The position numbers and the translations under genes are program-made. From Seison nebaliae (taxonomy: Eukaryota), in NCBI GenBank assembly GCA_023231475.1, contig JALJEE010000954.1, positions 1 through 64,000 on the forward strand: a DNA stretch of 64,000 nucleotides, given 5' to 3'. How positions within the stretch are numbered: position 1 is the first letter of the stretch; each line of letters starts with the position of its first letter. Shown piece by piece: positions 1-12,000 of this stretch. Under the pieces are notes generated by a model, which worked only from the letters and a program-made list of their open reading frames with translations, had not been told where the DNA came from and searched no databases.

Positions 1-500
1 TTTTGCCTCGTATACATACACTATTCGTTCTATTTTGGCAAAAAACAGAACGAACAGTAAGCGACAAACAGAATGGTCGAGATGTTGTCTCACTTGTTAA
101 AAATAGGACAATCTGCAATAGGCCAGAAAAGTGGAAAATTAAGTAATTTAAAATTTATAAACGGACAATGTAAAAACTAAACAAAATTTATTTAATCAAT
201 CGTAACGAACAAGCTATAAAATCGTTTTAGAGCTCTTCGTTTTTGTTACCAAATGGACATCACCAATACAAGAAACTGTTTCTGGTTCCTTTTTGTTTTA
301 ATTTGTCGCTAGCTGACTTGATATTTTTAATTTAAAACAAAAAGAATGACTTGCAGACCGGAGGATTACAGAATGATAAAATATAATGAAATTAATAGAA
401 TTATTAAAATAATGTTTCATAATTTTAATTAATTATTATTATTATTATATTATCTTGATCTTATTTTCCAAATGGTCGGTGAAACGAAAGCGAACAACGA

Positions 501-791
501 ATGTTTATTAACGGTCAGACTGCATGTAATACGCAAATGATGATTCGGGAAAAAGAAGATAAATTGATTCCCAACAATCCATCGTCTACAAATAATCAAG
601 GTAATCAACTTCCTACAACATATGCTAAGGCATTGACGAAGCGTGGGTTGAATCGTGCTAACGAAAAAAGAAAATCAAAGAAGCCGTTATGTGTGGGTTC
701 GAATAAGAATTCTTTGATTGCTGCTGCTTTCCGTAAAACGACACCTGTTCTTCGATCAATCATGATTTGGAATGTTGCCAATTCAAATTGA
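501..791 (+). mobile_element. Possible degenerate non-LTR retrotransposon ORF1 fragment
   Basis: Intronless 96-aa ORF. The pattern TYAKAL...KRKSKKPLCVGSNKNSLIAAA...RSIMIWNV resembles the basic linker preceding the RRM in CR1/L2-type ORF1 proteins (recalled resemblance only). It is truncated by a stop and no ORF2 follows. Confidence 0.3.
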
Positions 792-1744
792 ATGTTAAAA
801 TTTAAATCGAATGGCATTATTGTTCCCCTCACTAAAGTTATTAAGCTAATATTACTTTCTATAAAATAAAATCGACGAAGAACATTAACCGAAAAAAATA
901 TTGTCCTAAAACACAAAAAAAAATTTAAAAATTGTAAGCAATATAACCTGGAATCTATAATATCCTCTTTATTACCTACCATTTGTGCTAAAATATTACG
1001 ATTTTCAACAAGCAATTAATCATGTTATACTGAACCGATTTTAATATTTTTTTGTTTAAATCATATCTACTTACTCTAGAGAACCCAAAAATATCATCAA
1101 AATTCAAATTTATAACTGCTAACTATCAAGTGCGGTGGCTTAAAGTTATCAAAAAGAGAGAGAAAAATTTTTAGAGAAAGAGAGAAAGTTTACTTTTTTT
1201 GAAAATTTTATATCTAATACGAATCCATTTTCACTTATTTATAGCACATTCAAAAGAGCATGAATTGCTCTTTCATAAAATATTAAATTTTTTGTGGTTA
1301 AGGAAAAAATTCGTTGAAAAAAATGACAATAAAACATTTTTTAAAATTTTTGTGGGGAATTTTCCAATGGGGGAATCTTCCTAGAATCTGTAAAATTGAA
1401 TTATAATTTAGCAACAAAATAATAAAGTTTTTGTTCATTCGTATCTTGTTTAATTTTTAAAACATGAAAAATGAACTTCTAATGAGTTCCCTGTGTGACT
1501 CCTTTCCTTTATTATATCACTTCATATTCTTAGCCAAGCGCTTAAAAAAACATTTCAGATGTTCCCGTTGCCCAATTTGAGGACAACAAACTCTTTCTAA
1601 CAGAATGTTGAGAAACCTAATTATTTTAAAGTTCAAAAATTCTCCAATCAGGTTATGAAATCTTCTTGTAACTAAGGAAGGAAAGCATCAACCATTTTCA
1701 TGATAATTTAAGAACCTTCTAACCAATGAAAGCATATAATCTAT

Positions 1745-1877
1745 CAAGGGAATGGTACGCTTTCGCATCCGCCGTTTGACTCCAAAAAAATTGTGGAGGT
1801 AGGAAAAATAAGGTTAAAGAGGTGTGTAAATTTTTGAAAAAAAATGTGTAGATACGCGAACGCTTACCATTGCCTTG
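1745..1877. mobile_element. Small degraded MITE-like inverted-repeat element (~133 bp)
   Basis: Left end CAAGGGAATGGTACGCTTTCGC (1745-1766) matches the reverse complement of the right end, CAAGGCAATGGTAAGCGTTCGC (1856-1877), at 19/22 positions. The interior is non-coding and TA follows the right end. Confidence 0.55.
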
Positions 1878-2052
1878 TAAGAAAATTATTAGATATGTTT
1901 GATTAGTTGATATGATTAGACTAGGAAAATAAGTTAAACAGACAAAAGTAATCGGTAGGATGAAATATTCATATAATTAGAACGGAAGAAATTAGAAAAT
2001 TAAGAAAAAATTTGTTTGACTTTTAATTTCTTTTGATTTCTTTAAGAATAAT

Positions 2053-5000
2053 ATGGAAGAACTATCAGAAGAACCAAGAAAACTAACAAATGACTATATT
2101 ACCGTTCGTTTGATTTTAGACAATAATCGCTGCGTGTTGGATAAATATTTAGAAAGACACGGTCTCCGTTTATACAATCCGGAGAAGGATGAAATAACTT
2201 TAGATCAAGCTGAACAGATGGTCAAAAGGAAACAACTGACACATTCTTTATATGCAACCGACGGTGTTAACTATGAAAGAAATTTCAATAATTTTGAAGA
2301 CCTTCATAAATTCGCCATTTTGTCATTCTTCGGACGACAACATTTCCACGAACTAATAGCCAAATTTTCACCATTTATTCGAAAATTAGTACAAACTGAA
2401 AAGTTAAGATTCCTTCCACTATCATATTTAAGAACTATGATCAGTTTCATTTATTATAAAGTTGAAGACGATAGTCTGGTGAATGTATATGAACATTTCG
2501 AAACAAATCCAAGTATAACATTTTCCGGAAAATTGTAAAAGTTGAGACTTTTCTAGATTTCGATAGATTTCCTCGTGCTAAAGCTAAATTAAAAATTGGT
2601 AATGGAATAGTTGGTCAAGCTGCATATGCAAGAAAAACAATAATTATAACAAATTATGAAGTTATCCGACAATAATATTTCATAAAATTATTAAATTTGT
2701 AAGGGTTTGGATAAGAAATATCATCCAAAGTTTGATGCCATAAATGGAAGTCGAATCGATAGTGCGATATGCTTTCCTCTCATAAACGAAAATGGACGAT
2801 GTTATGGAGTGATACGAACTGATAATTTTACACCGGAACCAAAATTTGGTATTATATTATATTTCTGTAATTTATCATATAATCTTATTTATAATCAATC
2901 TGTTAGATGGAACTAACAGGAAGGACGATTATTGTGCTGCAAAAATTTTATTGATTGATCGATATTTAGAATATTTAGTGTTAGCTGTTCAGAAAGTTGA
3001 GGAATATGAAAGTATGATCAGAAAAGAAAAAATAATTAAAGTTATATTTCAAATATTATTTCGAATTTATTCGGAATTCGAACTTTTAGGGATTTAATGA
3101 CATTAATGCAATTTCGGTTGTTGCTGAAAACAATATTCCGAGGGTAGTTGGGAAGGTAAGTGAGCAGATATATAAATTACTAAATGCGAAATGGATACAA
3201 GTTTAAAAAAAATTTGTTTCCAACCCTTCAGTCGAATAATATGAAAGATTTTTGTGTCAGATGCTCAAGCAACAGACGAATTGATAATTGATGAACAACA
3301 ATTAAATTTTAAAGTTTTAATCTTACTTATATCTACTTTAATGAAATTTTATATTTAGATGAAATTTCGACATGTTTTCGAATTTTCTTCAACGGACCTC
3401 CAATTTTTTGAACAAAATAAATATATTAAAGATGTGAAACTGGATGATCTTAGTTATCCATTCGCATCTTCTTTTTTTGAAGTTGCTACTGAGAGTAAAG
3501 GAGTTTCTTTTGTTCTTTACAAAAAGAATTTTTAATTGATAAACCATTAAGACCATAAACATACCAGATTTACGGCAATATTTCGCGCAGAAGCAAGATG
3601 TTAACATTTTCATATATAAGATTTGCTTTGAATAAATCAACGAATTGGTTAGAAAGAAAATATGAAACATTGCTATGTCACGAATAGTGCACTATGTTCA
3701 ATGGTTTATAGTGGTGATGAGACATCCTGTATTGGCTTTGTTATCGCGGGAAATATTGCAGAAAATGGCCCATTCAGTAAAGAAGACCAATCGATTTTTG
3801 AAGTTTTATTTAAAGAGATTCTCATTCGAATTATTCTTAATTATAAGTCACTAATCTTACAATTATCAATCTCTTTACAAAATAACAATAGTAAATTACA
3901 AACCAATTTCAACCAACGTCTAAGAGTTGTAATACAAAATTCATTTCTCCAATATTTGAAGCCGGACGAAAAACAAGTATTTAATTTGAATGTTATTATC
4001 TTTCAAAAACTCCGTCATTTCACAAAATTATGTTTTTAATAATATTATAGACCATATTCCAAATACCTAATGATCCAGATGCGTATGATTTATTATCTTC
4101 GGGATTCACCTTATCAACAAATGCTGCAACTAAGGATGCTTTTGAAGCACGTTGTATTATCTCAATGTTTGTCAGTTTAAACTTATCCATTCTACCACCA
4201 ATAAAAGTTAACGTCTTTTAAAAATCCAATTAATTCAAATATTTAAATATAATAAAGACTTTGATAACATTTGTATTAACCGTCCAAAAACTTCATCGGA
4301 CAGTACCGTTTCACAACTTCGAATATAGCGTTCTATCACTTCAGACGGTATTCTTCCTCGTTTATGTTATTCGATTTTCTTTTTCCTGTTATATTATTCC
4401 AACTGTAGCATACTCGCCATAGACTTCGGGAAGTTGAAATTTATTCATTAATGCTAGCCACGTTATGTCAAATACTTGATCATTCTGGAACGAATAATGC
4501 AATAGAAAAAAAGTTGTAATTATTTCTAAAACGGGACATTCATACTTGTTCATTAAAACATTCTTATAATGTTCTTGTTAGACGTAAATCTAATCTAGCT
4601 AGATTATATGATTCCGCCTATTTGGAACGACACCATATTGCTATATTTTTCATGACATTAGACAATAAAGTTTTCTCTTATGAACTCACTCAATTAATCG
4701 AATGAGCCACAGGAAACCAATGTTCTTGCCCATCTTTCCGATTTCAATTACCGCACCGTTATCCAACGTGTTCAATCATTAATTCTTAGTTTGAATAAAG
4801 CGAAATTTTTCGGGTTAGTTTTAAAATACGTTAAAGAAGAGATTAATTTAATAGAATAGATTTATGGACAAGATTAATGAATACAATAAACAAAAAGATG
4901 ATTTACTTAGAAGTCCAATCCTAGTAATGTTATATATTTAAAGAGAATGTTTTTACGATGAGAATCTAATAGGAAATTATTTATAATAGGAGGTAGTATG

Positions 5001-5429
5001 TCTTACTTGACGAAAGAATGGAAATATCATTTCAAATGGGTTAATCGACTCTTTGACGAAATGTTCTCGATTGGTGACGTTGAAAGATTCTATTTTAAGA
5101 AAACAACGGTTTAATGTTTTTTGAAAAGTGACAATGGTTTAAATTAGAAAAATTTTTAAATAAAGAATATTCTTGATCGACATAACCGGAAAATGATACC
5201 GAATGTCGTTCTATCAATCATTAAACATTTAGCAATACCCGTTTTTGAAGTTAGAAATTTGGAAGTTAAAGAACATTTCAATCGCTTTCAGTACATAGTA
5301 AAATTGAACAAAAAGTTCGAGAAGTATAAGGAAATGTTGGAGTTCAATATGGTGAAATGGGATTCCCTCAATTATCAATTACTCGATGATACAATAATCG
5401 ATGAGAAGATCGACCTTGATAGAGATTGA
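2053..5429 (+). CDS. GAF-GAF-class I cyclic nucleotide phosphodiesterase-like protein (PDE10-like), predicted catalytically inactive; multi-exon
   Basis: Spliced exons give a GAF motif (KIGNGIVGQAA...YHPKFDAINGSRIDSAICFPLINENGRCYGVI), a second GAF-like segment (VTNSALCSMV...IGFVIAGNIAENGPFSKEDQSIFE) and a PDEase-like domain (TVPFHNFEY, LATLCQILDHSGTNN, LARLYDSAYLERHH, DRHNRKMIPNV...HLAIPVF). The start could lie in an earlier exon. Confidence 0.8.
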
Positions 5430-5537
5430 ATTTTTTTATTTATTTTATTCGAAATAAAATAATATTGAAAATAGACATCATTAATTTAAATAGCTCAATT
5501 AGTATTCAAGTAAATGTAAGTGAAAAAGTTAAATTGT

Positions 5538-6382
5538 TTAGAACCAAAACCATGGTCCCCAAAACATAGGCCACATTAGAGCCGAACCTAAAAACATACC
5601 CGTGGCAATTCCTCCCCAATCAGATCCTCTACGATTATATCCATAGTAGTTGTTGCCCACGTATACTAAATTGCCATAAGCATCTCTCGTATAAAATCCT
5701 TCTAAAGATGAAGGCATTCGTGGTTCTCGACCTACCAATCCTATTCGATTACCGTTCGCATCTTGATGATAATTCGCCATTCCCAATTGATTATTTCCCA
5801 TTATCAAATTTGTATCCTGCATAACTGTGACTTGTGATGGTGAGGGTGGTTGTCTTCGATACAAATCTTGAAATAAACTGGACCTCAACTCGAGCATTGT
5901 CAATCGCCAAGTGCTGAACGATAAGATGAGAAATTTTCTAAAAATGGAGAAATTTTCCAACTATGCATCATCTGCTGTTTCGGCAGCAAACATTAATTGA
6001 TTTTTAGTTTGTGGTAAAATAATTTCCATTAAATTAGGCAATGATGTTAATTTGAATTTATCCAAAATTTCTTTAGGTATCTTTTTAATTAATTTACTAG
6101 TTTATACTTTTTTTCATAATGCAAAGTGAACTTCACTTCCTATTCTCAAACCACCAAATGATTTACCGATATGATAAGTACTTACCAAAGTTTCTATTCC
6201 ATCCATTATTTCCGTACATCTTTTATGTTTAAGGAGAAGTGTAAAATTCAAATATAATTTTTTGAAATTTAAAAAAAAAGGAACTTAAATACTCCATCAC
6301 TTTCTAGAAAACATTTTAATAATTTATCCTCACCATTTGGGAGTCGTCTGATTAAATTCCCAGATTTAATTAACGGTGCCAT
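5538..6382 (-). CDS. PLEKHB2: PH-domain tail-anchored protein, evectin/PLEKHB family; 4 exons
   Basis: Splicing three GTT-AG introns gives MAPLIKSGNLIRR...FLESDGVF...LRIGSE...LMFAAETADDAYTWRLTM (PH domain, compare evectin MAFVKSGWLLR...LCAESTDDCLAW), then a Y/G-rich linker and the C-terminal GGIATGMFLGSALMWPMFWGPWFWF membrane tail typical of PLEKHB1/2. Confidence 0.8.
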
Positions 6383-6649
6383 TAATCGATAAAGATAATT
6401 ATGGTTGAATGACTGAAAATTAATGTTATTATCCGATAATGAATTAAACTGTCAATTAATTGGAGGCTTATATTGAAAATTGGTTGTTGATTGAAATTGA
6501 ATGATTCATGAATAATTAAAGTAAACAAGAACAAAGTTCACTATAACTAATCATTCTCCTAGTGTTAACATAATAGAACTCCTGATTATTATATAACCGA
6601 AAAATTCAAAATTTCGTCATTCAAGAAAAAAGTTTTATTAACGAGCGAT

Positions 6650-6667
6650 ATGTATTACGCCACCTAG
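6650..6667 (+). promoter_or_regulatory. Upstream ORF MYYAT* in the AMD1 5' leader
   Basis: ATG TAT TAC GCC ACC TAG ends 17 nt before the AMD1 ATG (6685) and sits in a locally GC-richer patch. AMD1 mRNAs are known to be regulated by short uORFs. Confidence 0.55.
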
Positions 6668-6684
6668 CATCGACTATAAAAAAA

Positions 6685-8047
6685 ATGAGGGAAAATGTGG
6701 AAATAGCATCGAAAAATGAATCGATTTTTAAATCGACCGAACATTTTGAAGGTCCAGAGAAATTTCTTGAAATGGTATTCAATTCAACTAGTCATCATTC
6801 GGATAAATGTAATTTGAGATTAATTCCAGTGTTAGAATTTTTCCAAATTTATTTCTTTTCAAACTTCATTTACAGTGTGAAATGGAAGAGAATTTTGAAA
6901 GAAATGAATTGCCATATCATTCAGTCTTGTTCGAATGATGTTACTGACTCATACATACTGAGCGAGAGTTCAATGTTTGTAACAAAACAAAGATTGATTC
7001 TGAAGACTTGTGGAACGACTATTCTTTTTAAGTCGTTCAAATCAATCGTTTCAACTGTCATCGAAGAGACTGACTTGAATATTTTGGAAGATCTCTATTA
7101 TTCCCGGAGACGATGGTCAAGACCTGACTTACAATTATATCCACATTCAACAATAGAACAAGAAGTTCTTTTTTTACAAACTTTAATTTAATCGTTCAAT
7201 ATTTAAAAGATTGAATTTCTAGATAAGCATTTACCTAAAGCATCGGCATATGTCATTGGATCTTTCAATTCGGATTATTGGTTCATGTATTCAATAACCT
7301 CTCCTCATCAAATCTCTTATGATCATGACAGTCATCAATGTTTAGTCATCTTCCTTCCATTCATAATCTCATTCATTAACAGTTAAATTCAATCCATTAA
7401 TACAACTTCCGACGATGACACATATTCAACTTCACGAACGATATGATCAATGTCTAGAAATTTTGATGTTGGATTTGGATGAACATGTTTGTACCAATTT
7501 CTATAAGCGATCCGGTAATTCAATAGAAGATATTAATAAAGTTTATAATTATAATTTCTTTATATTATTGAAGACGATTTGAATAAGTTGTTAAATTTAA
7601 ATAAGACATTTCCACAATGTGAAATTGATGAATTTCTGTTTGAGCCATGTGGTTATTCTATGAATGGAATCTTCCCTGAAAATGATACGCATTATCTGAC
7701 GATTCACGTTACGCCAGAAAAAGAATTTTCATACGCAAGTTTCGAAACGAATGTTTGGATGGATGGAACGAAACGAATAAACGAAATGATTCGAGAAATT
7801 ATCAGTATTTTTCGTGCTCGAATTGTTCAGGTAGCACTCTTTAACAACGAAGTTTGTTTTTCGATTACAACATTTCTTTACTCTTATTCTATCACAGAAA
7901 GCTCGAAGAATGTTAATAAACCAGATTGGTTCATGCGATTTCATGAAAGATCAATCATATGAAAATTATTGTTTAATTGATTGTCAAATGTGCATGATGC
8001 ATGCTTATCAAGTAAATTACTTGAAGTTTGAGAAGAAACAAAAGTAA
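6685..8047 (+). CDS. AMD1: S-adenosylmethionine decarboxylase proenzyme; 6 exons
   Basis: Motifs HFEGPEKFLE, YILSESSMFV (E|S autocleavage site), LKTCGTT, FEPCGYSMN and TIHVTPE...YASFETN. Introns at 6831-6875, 7165-7209, 7340-7382, 7541-7587 and 7852-7897 are all GTT..AG. Confidence 0.95.
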
Positions 8048-8834
8048 AAGAGATTTTTTTAATTATTTTTTATTTTACACTCTTAACACTTCCTAAAAGG
8101 GAATGTTCTTCACCGTTTTGAGTTAAATTTTCGGTTGTTTCAACTGTAACAAGTTGTTGCTAACAACTACTTTAGAAGATTTGCAGTAGTGGTAAAATTT
8201 CAATTAGTTTTATTTTTTATTATTGAACTAATTCCATGTTGGATATATATTATACTTATAATAAAGAAGTTTATACTAAAATATCAAAAGTTCAAATGTA
8301 CTAACTAATTTTCATTTATTTTCATTGTATCTACTTTTATCTACGACCAACAGTGAGTTCCTTTGACAGAAAAACATCTAACAATTTTAATGCATATTTT
8401 GTTTTATTTCAATTTCATCCGGTGTATACCAGAAAGAAAAATTAATTGTGTTTTATCTTTCTAATTCAATATCTCAGATCTAGTAATTCATTACAACTTG
8501 TTCTTATCATATTTTCCTTATTTAAACGATGTATCCAGTATGTATGAAATGAAAAACTGAATCTCAAACAAAGAACATTGGCCTAATGTCCAGAAAATAA
8601 TAGAACATCTGTACCAGCTTTCTTCTATATGATTAATGACATAAGCTGACGACATTGAAGTTCAACGCTTGTTCATTGTTCGCTTGAACCTTTGCTCTTG
8701 ATGCCTCTCACTTCTCATACCAAGAGGAGTTTCCTTATTTTCTTATCTTTCATATCCACTTTACCGATGTTCATATTATACATTGTGCAGTGATATTCTT
8801 CTTATAATATTTAACTTTATTATAATTTAATCAG

Positions 8835-8960
8835 TAGGGCTGGGGGAACGATCCGTGATCCAAAAATGAAAAGGATCGATCTCTCTATACACTCTGGAAA
8901 AAAGACGATCCAGACTCCAAACGACTCCTGTACATACGAAGGATCGATCCTAAGCATGAT
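8835..8960. mobile_element. Probable DNA-transposon terminal relic (hAT-like end with subterminal GATC repeats)
   Basis: GC-rich island starting TAGGGCTGGGG, with 7 GATC in about 100 bp and direct repeats AAGGATCGATC (8871, 8939) and ACGATCC (8848, 8905). No partner end was seen. Confidence 0.35.
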
Positions 8961-9045
8961 AGATGCTCATGTTACCAATTGTAATGGAAATTGTTACCCA
9001 GATTAAACTTTTATGAAATTTCCAATAAAAGATGTTCAATAGAAG

Positions 9046-12000
9046 TTAACATTTTTTATTAGGAGTCCTAACAATATTTTCAATCATATCAATAAAATCT
9101 TTAACATTAGTAGTTTTTTTAACGATATTAGCGAAACGTAATTCGAATGTTCGATTTATCCCAAAACTCAAATCGTATTTGTTATTTAAGAATAAACATT
9201 CCATTTTTTCATTCTGATTCCAACAAAATGGAACGTCATGTTTTGATAAATTGAATAAATTATGTTGATCTGGCAAAACCGATATAGTACGATCGTTGCT
9301 GGGATTTCTTTTTTCCAAATTAACCACGTAAAAAAATTGTTTGGCAAAATATAACGGGCTGTAACTTAAAATTGCTTCAAGATACCAATCGACGAGTTGC
9401 GGATAGGTAGCATCAAAATGAAGAACTCGAAATAGAGCGTCCACCACAACGAGTGCTATTTGAACGGATTCTTTTCCATAGAACTGAGCATATAACAAAT
9501 AGTAAAAGAAGATTACAATCGAATTTTTACAATGAATAATGGTCGTTGAAATTTGTGATTTTAAATTGGATAAGCAGGCGTCAAATATAATTCCCCATTC
9601 TCCTTTCAAATTACTATTCTTTTGATTAATCATACTGAAATCGCAAATTTCAAAATCCATTTGAAGATATTGAGTAGCCAATAAGAATTTTTCAATATTT
9701 GATGTTTCCATATTAGAAGTTTCCTTGAAAAACTCTTTACCATACTTTACGAGTTTTATAGATTGTTGATAGATTAAATATTTTTGGAGAACAGAATATG
9801 TGTCAACAAATGCCACATTAATTTCAGTTTCAATAACTGCAAAATGATTAAGTCCATATTCATGCTGGAGATATATAGTTATCTTATCATCGATTCGATT
9901 CATCTCGAATGTTGTATTAAATGGAATGTAGAAATTTCTCATATTGTCATCCATCATTCGTTCCGTTTGATTATTGACAGTAAAACATGCCAAGAACAAT
10001 TCCATGTGACTTTTATATTTTGCTAAATACAACTCGTTTATCGGGATTGGTGGCATAGAATGACTTCGACAATTTTCATAATTTACCAATTTTGTATGTT
10101 TCAAAGTAAAATTATTTTCACAAATTATATTATGATCGATAGCATCAGCAATATCTTCCAAAGTAAATAATGACCGAAGATAATTCCATGACAGCAATTG
10201 AATATTGAACAATGTACTTAATCGATTGGTGGTTCTCATATCGAAATACTTTTTTATAAAATAAAAATCATAATAAATTTTCAAATGACTTTACTAACCG
10301 TTACAAACAATTCATATAATTTTTCATGGGAAAAATCATTTTTTATTATTTGTAAATTACTTCGAGAAACGTAGAATTGTTCTTTCCAAAAATCGTTAAT
10401 TTTATCGAAATAAATTTCATTGGAATAACTAATATTTCGTTTCGTTAAATAAGAACCGATCATTTCTAATTTCGATCTGTAAAATTTTGTAAAATTCTTT
10501 TTCGTCATAGACATTTTGTACATTTTCAATCGTCGAATATTATCCGAGTTCAATTGATTAGTTAATTTTAATCGTTGAACAATTATGTACTCTAAAATTT
10601 CTCTTTCGATCCAAATACTTGAGAAAAAAATTAAAATTCAATTTCAAATTTTCATTTAAATTTTTTGAAATATGTTTCTCTTATTCTATAATCTTCTTTC
10701 GATAAGTTGAATCCAAAATGAATATTTATATACTCATTTGCGACAACAAATGAAAAAAAATTAAAGAATGAGCGAATTATCTCCGTACGACAAAATGATA
10801 GTATGTATAATAAAAAATAAACTCTTCATGATTTTGTTCCTTCTGATTCATATTTTTTAAGAAGGTTTCTATATCTGTAGAATTTTTTCCGAAATTTTTC
10901 TTTGCTGAAGATATTTGATAACGTTTGTCGATGAAACACACAGTTGAAGCTACGTTAATTATTGCCGAGATATGTTTAATGACTCGTTCGGTATACGTTC
11001 CATTAATATTCTTGTGGGTGATATATTTGGCATAATACTGCTCGGAATATATTACAGTTTTCTTTTTTATTGTTTTTCCATCATATAATAATGGAAGAAT
11101 GTAAAATATCGGTTCTTCTGGCATGACTATTCGTAGAAAATTAGCAACCAAATTATTGAGGTAATTCCATCCAATAAATTTAAATCTTAAGTATTGTTGA
11201 CGCACATTAATATAGAGGAATGAGAATTCATTGTCCTTATCACGCAATTCAAAGAGATTATTGACGAGAATATGAATAATATGCATCTCAGCTGCTCCCA
11301 ATGCTATTGACTTTCTTATATTTCTCAATCGTTGTTCCGTAATCAATTGTAGTTGTTCCTCTACAAACTTTAAATTAGATTCTTTGGAGAATTGTTTCAC
11401 ATCTTTCCATTCGAAGAAATTATTAGCAAAATGATAGAATGGAAGTGTCGATGATTGGAGAAGTTGAACTTTATTACCCACCAATATTAAACCACAATTC
11501 ATTTGCGATAAATTATGAGATTTCTTTTTCTTATTTCTAATATTAGAGAATTGTTTCATTTTATCTTGAATGAGAGAAACCAAACGTCTCGAATTGAATT
11601 TTTCATTGTTCTGATTAATGACGTATCGAAGAAGATGTTCTTGATAATTCTCGAAATAAACTTTAATGTCTTTCCATTGATAAATATGATTATTATTGAA
11701 GATGATTCCCTCAGACATCGAGTCATCCTCAGGTATTATTTTGTAGTTCATTATTGTGAATAGTTTTGAATTAATATTATATTGATAATTGTTGAAAATA
11801 TTCTTATCGTCGTTCATCGATAAGTAATCGACTTGCATCCATTTCCTGACGAAATGCTTAATATCTTCATATTCCGGTAAGAAATTATTGATCGTTCGAT
11901 TTCGTCCATGTTGAAGAAATGTGAGTGAATATACAATTTTTTGGAACAACTTCAATTTTTTGATAATGGGAAAAAATTGAATAAGAGAATAAACTTCCAT

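Noticed and set aside
6180..6219. Apparent ATG plus canonical GTAAGT donor (MYGNNGWNRNF|gtaagt) suggesting a PH-less evectin
   Set aside because: Another frame through the same bases gives a continuous PH domain from ATG 6382, so the GTAAGT is coding sequence.
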